This document shows, piece after piece, positions 1-11,494 of a stretch of DNA of 64,000 nucleotides; the first letter of the stretch is position 1, and every line of letters starts with the position of its first letter. Made by a program: the position numbers and the translations under genes. The notes beneath the pieces are model-generated. The model was not told the origin of the DNA. It made no database searches and saw only the letters and a program-made list of their open reading frames with translations. The stretch is from Owenia fusiformis (taxonomy: Eukaryota), in the NCBI GenBank assembly GCA_903813345.2, contig CAIIXF020000001.1, positions 38,936,001 to 39,000,000 on the forward strand, in the 5' to 3' direction.

Positions 1-2052
1 AAATCATTCCTTTTTTCTGCCTTCATGTATTCTGAATATTTACATTTTCAACAATTTTCAAGTTTAATATTTATAACTTTGTGTCTTGCTTTTTTCTAAT
101 GTTTGAAGATTCCTAATTAATTATTTACAATAAACAAATGTTTAAAATCACAAGTACAAGATTTACATTGTTCATAATTAACCCTTTAATGTTTTTATTT
201 GTTTATCTTGATGACATCTGCCAGGAACGGCATGGCGAATGATTTGAGACAGTTATATCTTTGACAATTACTTTACTCTGACAATATCATTAAAATTAAT
301 GTTTTTTTGGATGGAAGGGAAAACATCTTACTTGAAAAACATTATTTTGATAAATTATCTCAGAAAATACTCATTATCATAGATATTAAGTCATTTTTCA
401 TACCATACCACCTTACCATACCTAGCCCTTTAACAAAAATGCTGAGAACCTTAACAGACCCATTTTTTAGTTTTAATGGTTTCTTCATAACAATACATGT
501 ATTTGTAATAATACAAATGAACAGGGGACTTGAAAAGTCTGGTGCATTAATTGTCTGTTGTTTAAGCCAAAATATTTTATTTTTGTGTTGTCAACACCCG
601 AAAGGAAGGGGTGCTGGAAAATATGACCAGTAAATATTAATTAAAAATCACATTTTGTGTATTAAATAGAATTTCTCATTTTCTTTAAAAATGAATTCTC
701 AGAATTCAGACTAGTTTGCCTGTAAATAAAGATTTTTCTCACTTTCAAACAATTTAATAAAAAATACTCCACAAAGGCCATTAAAGAAAAATAGCTAGTT
801 GCACTCTCATTTGATCATTTGATTCATTTGAAGTATTTTCAATGTTTTCTTACAAGTCAATCAAAACATTCTTTCCATCCCATTGTCACCAACACATCAA
901 ATTCTTACAGATTGCCAGATATAGCTTTTCTAGAATATGGATTAAACCACCAATAATTTGGGATTTTTTAAGCATGCATAAATGATGATGATTTTTCATT
1001 TTATGTAGATGTTACTTGATAGAACATAGATATAAATACAATGATCAATGAGCAGGTTTAGATTTAATCTGATCATTAGTGGAGAAAAAATCAAATTAAA
1101 ATTGTAAATACCGTATGACTGAATGTACAGGTCAACATGGCCATATCTGGAGGGTCAATATGGGTTTTGTGTGACCCCTACCCTCCCCCCCTTGAGTCTT
1201 GCCTCGTCACTTTTCAGAAAGATAGGCCTGTCATCTTTTTTAATTTGCTTAAAAAATGTTTTGCCTCAAGTTATTTTTGACACTTCCCCCTGAGCCCTCA
1301 ATACATGTGAATGTGTATATTGCAATTAAAATAGGAAATTAATATTTTATGATTGCACATTATCTAAATTCATACCAGCCTAAGCTAAGCGCAGATCTAT
1401 AAACAAAATTAATGATTTGAAAAGTTGTGTGATAGGTACAATAAATCATTATCACCGAGTTTTAAAATCAATTGCAATTTTTAGCCAATAAAAGCATTTT
1501 ACTAACAGTGATCATATCTGAAGATAGCATTAAATATACAGATGAATTGGAGAATGAAGTAACAATTCTAAAGTCACAATCTAAATATGAATGAATTTAA
1601 AGCCAGTATATCAAAGTTTTATTTTCAAATATTATGGGGAAAATGGAGATGTATATTTTAATCATGGCAGAACACAGTGTTCAAACAATGGCTATTGCTG
1701 AAAGTCGGCGCAATAGCTCGATAGAGTAAATCAATAATTACATGCAATGTGTGCCATCTTCTGAAAGATTCAATTGATGATATATTTATGGCCATTTCAT
1801 TAAACAACAACATCATACATGTAAAAATAAACTTTTAAAATACAAGGCACGAATATCAACATGTTAATATTAAGGCTCTACTTGATCAGACATTAAAATG
1901 GGATTATGATAAGTGGAACATTGCTAACAAAATAGGCGACTTACTTTTCTAATTCCTGGAGACAAAATTCAACCGGTAGATTCAAATTTGGCACCAAGTA
2001 AAAAACAGAGTGACAATTTAGTGGTTTCTCGGTGATTACAGCGTCAGTGAGG

Positions 2053-3447
2053 ATGTACGTCACACGGATGCTTAAACAAAGCAGTTACATCTCTGTTCCT
2101 GTGACTATATGGATCTTCCTCATCCTGTACAAATTTCACGGTAGACATGTCACCCAGTTGTCAGCTGAAACAACACAACATAGAGATAGTAAACTACTGT
2201 CAGATAAGATTTGGAGAAAGACAAGCTTAAAGAAAACACCATTAGGGATAAGGAAACCAAATACGAGAGAAAGATCTATAGAACTGAAAAATATAGATAA
2301 TGATAAGTCAAGCAAGCAATACCCTACACTAAATGTGGAAGGTCACGGGCGTGTTCAAAAAGATGACCCTAGATTGAATGTGCAGTTAAAACAACCAGTG
2401 CAGAATGTATTCTTTCTAAAGACCCACAAAACAGCCAGTTCTACTGTACAGAATATCTTCATGAGGTATGGAGACAACAGAAACCTGACATTTGGTCTTG
2501 CAAAATCAGGCAATTTGTTAGGATACCCTTTGAATTTCAAAAAGGATGTTTTATCACCACTTACAATTGGCAATGAGTATAACATTATATGTCACCATTT
2601 GAGGTATAATAGGAATATCAAACAAATAATGCCTGAAAATACCAAGTTTATAAGTATTGTAAGAAACCCTTTCCATCAATTTAGATCAGCGTTTTACTAT
2701 TACCTATTCCAAAGTCCTATGTGTTATAATATTGCATCAAACTATAGTTTGAAGACATTCACAGAGGCAACAAGGAGATTGAAAGAGAGGATATGCGGGG
2801 TGCCAACAAGGAATATAATGATGTATGACTTTGGTATGGACTTTCCTGATATGAATGATGAGGCTCTAATTCAACAGAAAATACAGATGATTGATGAAGA
2901 CTTTGACCTTATTCTTATAACAGACTATCTAGATGAGAGTTTAATTCTCATGAAAGAACTACTGAATTGGAAAATAGATGATATTGTATCTTTCACTAAA
3001 ACATACTCTGCATATAATAAGTCGAACATAATTACACAATCCATGGCAACTTCCATGGTTCGATGGAACTATGCCGACCATTTACTATTCAAGCATTTTA
3101 ATGATTCACTATGGGAAAAAATTGATGTTTATGGAAGGGATCGCATGAATAAACAGATAAGTGTTTTGAGGAACAGACGTCATCAATTGGAATCATTTTG
3201 TATAAAAAATATGTCATTTATTGATGAAATTGAAAATATTGATTTTAAGCCGACAAATAGAATGGACATTACACTAGGATATAACCTCAATGTGTTTGCC
3301 AAGGGGAATAGGACGTGTAATCAGCTCGCAACAGATGAGGTCCCATATACTAAGAAACTTGGCGCTAAAATGAAAAAGCTTGGTAGATTTTCCCATCGTT
3401 TAGGAATCAGAAACACAGATGATTTCCACCTTAACCCCAAGAGATGA
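2053..3447 (+). CDS. Galactose-3-O-sulfotransferase (GAL3ST / cerebroside sulfotransferase family), single coding exon
   Basis: First ATG at 2053 (the ORF track starts at GTG 2032). N-terminal type II TM anchor (YISVPVTIWIFLILY), then a stem region. Family motifs: 5'-PSB VFFLKTHKTASSTVQNIFMRYG, 3'-PB RNPFHQFRSAF, and FDLILITDYLDESLILMKELLNW. Confidence 0.9.
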   Translation: MYVTRMLKQSSYISVPVTIWIFLILYKFHGRHVTQLSAETTQHRDSKLLSDKIWRKTSLKKTPLGIRKPNTRERSIELKNIDNDKSSKQYPTLNVEGHGRVQKDDPRLNVQLKQPVQNVFFLKTHKTASSTVQNIFMRYGDNRNLTFGLAKSGNLLGYPLNFKKDVLSPLTIGNEYNIICHHLRYNRNIKQIMPENTKFISIVRNPFHQFRSAFYYYLFQSPMCYNIASNYSLKTFTEATRRLKERICGVPTRNIMMYDFGMDFPDMNDEALIQQKIQMIDEDFDLILITDYLDESLILMKELLNWKIDDIVSFTKTYSAYNKSNIITQSMATSMVRWNYADHLLFKHFNDSLWEKIDVYGRDRMNKQISVLRNRRHQLESFCIKNMSFIDEIENIDFKPTNRMDITLGYNLNVFAKGNRTCNQLATDEVPYTKKLGAKMKKLGRFSHRLGIRNTDDFHLNPKR

Positions 3448-5077
3448 AAATAAAAAAAAGATAAATCTCAAAGTTAGTTTTGTGGGAACAGGAGGGAAAT
3501 ACTTACTTTGGTAGAAGCTTTTTGTAATTACCAATCTTAAAAAATCCACATTCATTCAGGTAGAAAGTGAATTAGTTGCCTAAACTAAGTGAAAGGTCTG
3601 TGCCAAAGTATACTATATTGATGTTCTTTACAGATCATGACACATCAAAATTAATGGTTATGGCCTTAAGGGTTAATTACAATTTTAACATGTTATTAGT
3701 ACTACAATGTATATGAAAATGGTATATCAATTTGATTTTGTCAATAATGTACCAATAAGAACCAGGCTTGTCAAATCTTCTTTTCAATAAATATTCTCAC
3801 CATTACAAGAAACAAGGTATTTTTGGTCAAGAGTTTTGACCAGTTTAGTGAAGTATTTATCCAATTTCATGAAAATATAAACTTTAAAAGTGTTATCTCA
3901 CATTATTTGTATCTGGAAAATATGTTGTACATGTAGTTATAAAGGCATTGCTTCTTTACCATGATAAGTGTATAAAACTCAACGTGATTAATGTACAAGG
4001 TATTCAAAATAATCATAATTGTTAAAAATAAAGTTTTTTCATCATATTACAATAAATCAGGGAAGAATATGTATAAGTGTACATGCATTTTAATCTTCTG
4101 ACAACATAAAATCAAGCAAACATTGTTAATTTCATGGTTAGATTGTAATAAGAACCACAACAATGAACATGCAGAGATGATAAGTAATAAACAAAAATTA
4201 AGCATATTATTCAGATAAAATCAACTATTTTTCCAAATTGGATTACAATAGCAGGCCTAGTGTGTCACAGCAGACTCACATGTTCTCGAAAATGATAGAA
4301 TAATATCTCATAAAAGATAAAACTGTAATGACTTGAATTAACTAAGACAACACGGTACATTTTTTCAATGACTGTAAATATTTATTGGATAAGCTTTTGT
4401 AGGTTACAAATGATGATGTTTAATTTGGCAATCGTTTTTGTCTAATGTAAACAGATTAATTACCTAAATCCATGCATGACTATCGATGGTGATGATGTTG
4501 ATAGTAAACAGAATAAAATATCCATTCATAAAAATTATAAATTCTCATTGATCATATAAGGGTGAAGAAGGATTCACTAAACTAATTAATCTAATTAATA
4601 AAATTATATTCTAGTATACATCTGTATTAGTTATCCATAAAAATGCATCTGTGCATTAATGTTCTTTTCTAAACATATCTTATATTATGGACAACCAAAA
4701 ATGAAAGGAAACTCTTACTTAACTTATTTATTTATTTTCACTTTCACTTTTAACATGTAGCAAATAAATAAAATAAATAAAAAAAAATTATTTCATTACT
4801 TACACTTGAAATTGAATTAACCATATTGCTCTAACTTGAATCAAGGAAAAATTCACAATATATTGTTAAAGAATTTTATTACTTTACAATTTAGGAAGAA
4901 ATTGCCTAAAAAATGAGGAGGTACCCTCGAAGTTCCCTTTCTATTTTTTTCATGTCCATGATATTAATGAATAATGTGATCCCTGATGTAACTTGGAACT
5001 GATTGTCTTCAAACCTTAGTCTGGACTGAATGAAATATCTATAATATCAGTAAGGTATTATAAGCCAATATGAAAAG

Positions 5078-6625
5078 TTACTCGGACTTAATTTTTTGTC
5101 TACCTCTACAGCAACACTTAAATATAACCATCCTACAGCAACAAGTTAGTAACAGTGACACAATGCCCAATCCCAGCATGACAATGCACATAACATCCAG
5201 AAGAAGTAGCTGGTATAAAGGCATGTCAATGGAATGAGACTTGAGATGGTCAGAACCATACTTCAATACATGCCTCACCCAGCGTGCAACTTTCTCCTGG
5301 GCAGGCGTTTGCTCTTTTACAATAGCAGAGCAGCGCTTGATCTTGCTCCTGAACGTGTCATTAGTTGTGAGTTCAATCAAATTTTGTATAAGGCTTTCTG
5401 TAGTAAAAGTCTTCATTTGGAGGTCTAACCCAAAGCCTTTAACTCGCATCCTAACAGCATTGCTGAACTGGTCTCCAAACAGAGGGAATGTAAGAGTAGG
5501 TACACCATGGTAGACAGCCTCTAGTTGACAATTGTTGCCACCATGTGTGATAAACAAAATGGTCCTGGGATGTCCAAGAATATCATTCTGGGGTAGCCAA
5601 TTCAAAGGAAGCACATTGTCAGGCACCTTCAAGGTAGTTTCACTGTTTCTCATAATAAATCTCAATTTAGGGAAAACTTTAAACGCATCAAAAAATTTCT
5701 TCAAAACACGATCAGGCATTTTTGAGAAAATGCTTCCAAATGTCATTACAACAATCCCATCTTTAGCCCCCTGGATGAAGCTTTCAATATTCTCTGGGAG
5801 AGGATGTGGATGGTGTGCTCCCATGCCTCCTACCATCTGATAATGTGGGGCAGTAACTCGTGGATAATCCAGACAAACATCTTGAAGATTGACAAGTACC
5901 AACTCAGACTGTTTGTAGAGAAAATCCATGCTGACAGCAGGCTTATTGGGGGCATATTCTGCGATAATACTATTAGGATACAGGACAGCAGGAAGCACAT
6001 AGAGTGTCATAAATTGGGCAAACGTGTTAATCAATCTCTGTGTAATAGACATGTTATCAGTAAACCAGAAAGCTGGCAATGGTTGAACTGAAGGCAGTCC
6101 AGTAACTCCTGAAGCAAGTGGATCATCTGAGGCTGTTAGTGTTATATATGGGATTGAATGTCGGTATGCTAACACATACAAATACCTACAGAACAAAGTA
6201 CCATCTATAATTGCTAAATTGAATTCAGTAGCATCCATCTGCTGTTTAAGCCCATTGTCACCAAGTACATCTACTTTCTGATTGTCAACAAGGTTTTTTA
6301 TAGTACTCAGTGTTGTCATTAGAGACACTGGTTCTTTATTTTCTTCGAACACATCATTCTCGATAGCTTTCCTTGAGTCATCACTCTTGTCAGCATTCAC
6401 ACTGTCATATGTGATATAGTTTAATCCATGTTTATCGAGTGTTTTCTTATGACGAGGAGCAATAACAAAAGTGACAGAGTGTCCCTCCTTCACCAAGGTA
6501 TGGGCTGTCACCACAAAGAAATTCACATGACTGACATGGTCAAAGGGCATCATCACCAAATTCTCGCAGCGGACAAGACAAATGAGTCCAAGTGTCATCA
6601 GGAAGTGACTTTGAAGCAACGACAT
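5078..6625 (-). CDS. UDP-glucuronosyl/glycosyltransferase (GT1, ER-type), copy 1, 515 aa
   Basis: Signal peptide, N-terminal catalytic His region (PFDHVSH), UGT signature WLPQNDILGHP..HGG..EAVYHGVP..PLFGDQ, C-terminal TM and KIKSE dilysine ER-retrieval signal. Splice acceptor (tattttcag) at 6639-6640, 13 nt before the ATG. Confidence 0.95.
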   Translation of the reverse strand: MSLLQSHFLMTLGLICLVRCENLVMMPFDHVSHVNFFVVTAHTLVKEGHSVTFVIAPRHKKTLDKHGLNYITYDSVNADKSDDSRKAIENDVFEENKEPVSLMTTLSTIKNLVDNQKVDVLGDNGLKQQMDATEFNLAIIDGTLFCRYLYVLAYRHSIPYITLTASDDPLASGVTGLPSVQPLPAFWFTDNMSITQRLINTFAQFMTLYVLPAVLYPNSIIAEYAPNKPAVSMDFLYKQSELVLVNLQDVCLDYPRVTAPHYQMVGGMGAHHPHPLPENIESFIQGAKDGIVVMTFGSIFSKMPDRVLKKFFDAFKVFPKLRFIMRNSETTLKVPDNVLPLNWLPQNDILGHPRTILFITHGGNNCQLEAVYHGVPTLTFPLFGDQFSNAVRMRVKGFGLDLQMKTFTTESLIQNLIELTTNDTFRSKIKRCSAIVKEQTPAQEKVARWVRHVLKYGSDHLKSHSIDMPLYQLLLLDVMCIVMLGLGIVSLLLTCCCRMVIFKCCCRGRQKIKSE

Positions 6626-6802
6626 TCTGCACGGTTTCCTGAAAATAGTTCAAATTCAAATAAAATAACAACCTTATAAAAACAGAGCTTAAAGCGCCTC
6701 TGAACCATTGCAGTTTGATTAATTTCTGGGAAGAAACTAAAAGATGTTGAGATATGGTATTCATAACCCTACCTATTTTTTAATTTAAAGTCCCCATGTA
6801 AA

Positions 6803-7055
6803 GTCACAGGAGGGGTGTCGTAGAAGGGGTGTCAAACAAGTGACAGTGTTATGGGGGGGGGGTGTTACAAGGGTTGGTGACAAAAAGAAAGGGTGTCAAA
6901 GGAGGGGAGCATGTCACAGAGGGTGTGGGTGTCAAACAGGAGGATGGTGTTACAGGGGTTGGTGACAAAAAGAAAGGGGGTCACAGTAGGGGACGATATC
7001 ACAGAGGGGGTTGTCAAACAAGAAGACCGTGTTACAGTGGAAAGGGTGTTACAGG
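6803..7055. repeat. Purine-rich complex minisatellite (gtgtcacag / gtgttacag / gtgacaaaaagaaagg)
   Basis: The same family recurs at 11495-12375, 12748-12850 and 26460-27845. Confidence 0.8.
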
Positions 7056-7980
7056 GAAGTGGCGTAGCGTGGGTATTTTGCGAGTGTATGCCAGGAGTGA
7101 GCAAAAAATGAGATTGCATTTGAAACTTTCTGGGGCGTTTTAAAATTTCAACTAATAAAATGTATTATTTTGTTTCTCACATATATATGATCATTGTTAT
7201 TAAACTACATGCATTCAGAATATCCAGTATTTTAAAAGTGTGGGGCAATTTTATATCAAAATCAACCTTTTCTAGAAAATGATAGAATGATATCTCATAA
7301 AAGATTATATGAATCCCTTAAAAGAAATGTTGAAACATGGTTTAATTAAACAGTCTATCAACTTGGACTTTTAAGAGATATTTTTTGTTAAGGTGTAAAA
7401 GATTGTAAAACTTTTTTTCACATGCTTCACATTTATTTCTATAAATCAATCGGTTTCATATATAAAAATTGCCATTGTAGACATGACAACATTATCGGCA
7501 ATTGTAAAACTGTAATGACCTAAATTAACTAAGGATAAGATGATTATTCTAGAAAGGTTTATTGGCAAATTTTCAAATAAACAAGTAGTGTAACAAATTG
7601 AACAGGAAAACTTTTACAGAAAGAAATCCATGGAATTTCAAAAAAATTCCTTTCCTTAAATCTGGACAAAGTTTGTTTTGGACAAAATAACACGGTACAT
7701 TTTTTCAATGACTGTAAATATTTATTGGATAAGCTTTTGTAGGTTACAAATGATGATGTTTAATTTGGCAATCCTTATTTGTCTAAAATGATATGTAAAC
7801 AGATTAATTACCTAAATCAATGCATGACTATGATGGTGATGATGATGATGATGATAGTAAACAGAATTAAATATCCATTCATAAAAGTATAAATTCTCAT
7901 TGATCCTGTAAGAGTGAAGAATGATTCACTAAACTAATTAATCTAATTAATAAAACTATATTCTAGTATACATCTGTATT

Positions 7981-8762
7981 AACTAGACAATGGCAACTCC
8001 ACGGAGTAGCAAATCCCAACGAACAAAATATCAATTACCGAATTCCAATCAATTATACTCATTACTTTGGTTAAAATTGAAAAATTTAGATTTTAGAATT
8101 GCGAATTCCTGCAAAGCAGCCATTTTGAATTTTCTGAGGTACAAATCTGAAGAATAATACCATAATTGTGATCTACTCCAAAATTCCTTCAATTTGAGTA
8201 TAATATAGTCATACTTTGAATTGAAGGGATCGAAAAATTTTTGCGAAATCGTACATTAGACGGCTATTTTGAATTTTACGAGGCTCGAATCAGAAAAAAG
8301 ATACAATATTTGCAATCTACTCTTAATTGCCTTTCCTTTGAGTATAATAAAACTATACTTCAGAAAGATCTAAAAATTAGCGAAAATTACTGTTTTCCTG
8401 ACCCCCCATACACGGCCCCTGGGGGTCAGGATGAAAAACACGGAATATGTGTGAAATAGATAGATGTTGTGAATATACTACCAAAATTTCAAACAATAAT
8501 ATTAATCACTTTGGTTTGGAATGAAAAATTTATGGTTTTTGCGAAAAAGTCCCGTCATTTTTAAAGCGGCGGCCATCTTGAAATTTTTTTATTGCGTACA
8601 ACTATTCACCAATATACATCTTTCCACTAAATATGAAGAAAATCCGTCAACTCATATTTGAGTTATCTTCCGGGCGGATGGACGGATGGACGGACGGACT
8701 GACTGACGGACGGATGGACGGAGGGCTTCACTATATCCCTACCGAACTTCGTTCGTTGGGAT
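7981..8762 (-). mobile_element. Helentron-associated non-autonomous element (HINE/DINE-1-like)
   Basis: Subterminal IR atcccaacgaac (8013) / gttcgttgggat (8751), GGAC microsatellite, terminal hairpin plus CTAG on the - strand, no TSD. Absent from the paralogous flanks at about 4620 and 13810. Confidence 0.8.
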
Positions 8763-8772
8763 AATTATCTAT

Positions 8773-9344
8773 AACTAGACAACAGCAACGCCAAAGCATA
8801 GCAAATCCCATCGAACAGCCATGGCTGGCATTTTTACAAACAAAGTATACAGCAAAATGGCAGCCATTTTTCAAAATGACCACCTTAACATGTAAACCTA
8901 TGAGGTCCTTAACTTTTTTTGAGGAGTATATGAACAGAATCGCTCCACTACTTTTCGAGTTATAGTAAAATAGGATAAAATGGTGGCCATTTTGAAAAAT
9001 GGCTGCCTTCTACCAAAAGTGTCATAAGACAGTGTGCTATGATTATAGTATTCACATACCAAATATGAACAAAATTGCTCCGCTACTTTTCTAGTTAAAG
9101 TAAAATACATTAAAATGGCAGCCATTTTTCAAAATGGCCGCCTTCTACCAAAAGTGTCATTAGAGAGTGTGCCATGCTAATAGTATTCATATACTGATAT
9201 ACCAAATATGAAAAAAATTGCTCCACTACTTTTCGAGTTATAGTAAAATGCATTAAAATGGCGGCCATTTTGAAAAATGGACGTACGGACAGACGGATGG
9301 ATGGAGGCGTTCCCTATATCCCTCCGAACTTCCTTCGATGGGAT
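8773..9344 (-). mobile_element. Second HINE of the same family, with short internal tandem repeats
   Basis: Subterminal IR atcccatcgaa (8805) / ttcgatgggat (9334), GGAC/GGAT tract, same aactagac terminus. Absent from the paralogous flanks. Confidence 0.8.
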
Positions 9345-9768
9345 AAAAATGCATCTGTGCATTAATGTTCTTTTCTAAACATATCTTATATTATGGACAT
9401 CCAAAAATGAAAGGAAACTCTTACTTAACTTATTTATTTATTTCACTTTCACTTTTAACATGTAGCAAATGGTGATAAATAAAATAAATAAAAAAAATTA
9501 TGTCATTAACTAACCATATTCCTCTAGCTTGAATCAAGGAAAAATTCATAATATATTGTTTAACAATTTATTACTTTACAATTTAGGAAGAAATTGCCTA
9601 AAAATGCGGAGGTAACCTTGAAGTTCCCTTTCTATTTTTTTCATGTCCATGATATTATCGAATAATGTGATCCCTGATGTAACTTGGAACTGATTGTCTT
9701 CAAACCTTAGTCTGGACTGAATGAAATATCTATAATATCAGTAAGGTATTATTAGCCAAAATGAAAAG

Positions 9769-11319
9769 TTACTCGGACTTAATTTTTTTTCTACCCGATC
9801 TACAGCAAGACTTAGATATAACCATCCTACAGCAACAAGTTAGTAACAGTGACACAATGCCCAATCCCAGCATCATAATACACATAACATCCAGGAGAAG
9901 TAGCTGGTATAAAGGCATGTCAATGGAATGAGACTTGAGATGGTCAGAACCATACTTCAATACATGCCTCACCCAGTGTGCAACTTTCTCTTGGGCAGGC
10001 GTTTGCTCTTTTACAATTGCAGAACAGCGCTTGATCTTATTCCTGTAAGTGTCATTTGTTGTGAGTTCTATCAAATTTTGTGTAAGGCTTTCTGTAGTAA
10101 ATGTCTTCATTTGGAGGTCTAACCCAAAGCCTTTAACTCGCATCCTTACAGCATTGCTGAACTGGTCTCCAAACAGAGGGAATGTAAGAGTAGGTACACC
10201 ATGGTAGACAGCCTCGAGTTGACCATTATTGCCACCATGTGAGATAAACAAAATGGTCTTGGGATGTCCAAGAATATCATTCTGGGGTAGCCAATTCAAA
10301 GGAAGCACATTGTCAGGCACCTTCAAGGTAGTTTCACTGTTTCTCATAATAAATCTCAATTTAGGGAAAACTTTAAACGCATCAAAAAATTTCTTCAAAA
10401 CACGATCAGGCATTTTTGAGAAAATGCTTCCAAATGTCATGATAACAATCCCATCTTTAGCCCCCTGGATGAAGCTTTCAATATTCTCTGGAAGGGGATG
10501 TGGATGGTGTGCTCCCATGCCTCCTACCATCTGATAATGTGGGGCAGTAACTCGTGGATAATCCAGACAAACATCTTGCAGATTGACAAGTACCAACTCA
10601 GACTGTTTGTAGAGAAAATCCATGCTAACAGCAGGCTTATTGGGGGCATATTCTGTGATAATACTATTAGGATACAGGACAGCAGGAAGCACATTGAGCG
10701 CCATGAATTGGGCAAACGTGTTAATCACTCTCTGTGTAACAGACATGTTATCAGTAAACCAGAAAGCTGGCAATGGTTGAACTGAAGGCAGTCCAGTAAC
10801 TCCTGAAGCAAGTGGATCATCTGAGGCTGTTAGTGTTATATATGGGATTGAATGTCGGTATGCTAACACATACAAATACCTACAGAACAAAGTACCATCT
10901 ATAATTGCTAAATTGAATTCAGTAGCATCCATCTGCTGTTTAAGCCCCTTGTCACCAAGTACATCTACTTTCTGATTGTCAACAAGGTTTTTTATAGTAC
11001 TTAGTGTTGTCATTAGAGACACTGGTTCTTTATTTTCTTCAAACACATCATTCTCGATAGCTTTCCTTGAGTCATCACTCTTGTCACCATTCACACTGTC
11101 ATATGTGATATAGTTTAATCCATGTTTATCGAGTGTTTTCTTATGACGAGGAGCAATAACAAAAGTGACAGAGTGCCCCTCCTTCACCAAGGTATGGGCT
11201 GTCACCACAAAGAAATTCACATGACTGACATGGTCAAAGGGCATCATCACCAGATTCTCGCAGCGGACAAGACAAATGAGTCCAAGTGTCATCAGGAGGT
11301 GACTTTGAAGCAACGACAT
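9769..11319 (-). CDS. UDP-glucuronosyl/glycosyltransferase, copy 2, 516 aa
   Basis: Same motifs and near-identical to copy 1. Acceptor at 11333-11334. Confidence 0.95.
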   Translation of the reverse strand: MSLLQSHLLMTLGLICLVRCENLVMMPFDHVSHVNFFVVTAHTLVKEGHSVTFVIAPRHKKTLDKHGLNYITYDSVNGDKSDDSRKAIENDVFEENKEPVSLMTTLSTIKNLVDNQKVDVLGDKGLKQQMDATEFNLAIIDGTLFCRYLYVLAYRHSIPYITLTASDDPLASGVTGLPSVQPLPAFWFTDNMSVTQRVINTFAQFMALNVLPAVLYPNSIITEYAPNKPAVSMDFLYKQSELVLVNLQDVCLDYPRVTAPHYQMVGGMGAHHPHPLPENIESFIQGAKDGIVIMTFGSIFSKMPDRVLKKFFDAFKVFPKLRFIMRNSETTLKVPDNVLPLNWLPQNDILGHPKTILFISHGGNNGQLEAVYHGVPTLTFPLFGDQFSNAVRMRVKGFGLDLQMKTFTTESLTQNLIELTTNDTYRNKIKRCSAIVKEQTPAQEKVAHWVRHVLKYGSDHLKSHSIDMPLYQLLLLDVMCIMMLGLGIVSLLLTCCCRMVISKSCCRSGRKKIKSE

Positions 11320-11494
11320 TCTGCACAGTTTCCTGAAAATAGTTCAAATTCAAATAAAAGAACAACCTTATAAAAACAGAGCTTAAAGCGCCTCTGAACC
11401 ATTGCAGTTTGATTAATTTCTGGAAAGAAACTAAAAGATGTTGAGATATGGTATTCATAACCCTACCTATTCTTTAATTTAAAGTCCCCATGTA

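Larger units (their letters stand above)
4288..7272. repeat. Tandem duplication unit carrying UGT copy 1
   Basis: gaaaatgatagaat.atatctcataaaagat at 4288 recurs at about 7275. 6626-7272 matches 11320-11966. The 3' flank recurs at 7275-9768 and at 13346-13983 plus 23195-23483. Confidence 0.85.

Noticed and set aside
307..633. 108-aa ORF
   Set aside because: TTG start, AT-rich UTR-like composition and no recognisable motif.
2032..2052. GTG start for the sulfotransferase
   Set aside because: Eukaryotic gene; the in-frame ATG at 2053 precedes the TM anchor.
5234..6764. Short ORFs overlapping the UGTs (repeated at 9928-11458 and 23640-25134)
   Set aside because: Antisense or alternate-frame shadows, conserved only because the UGTs are near-identical.
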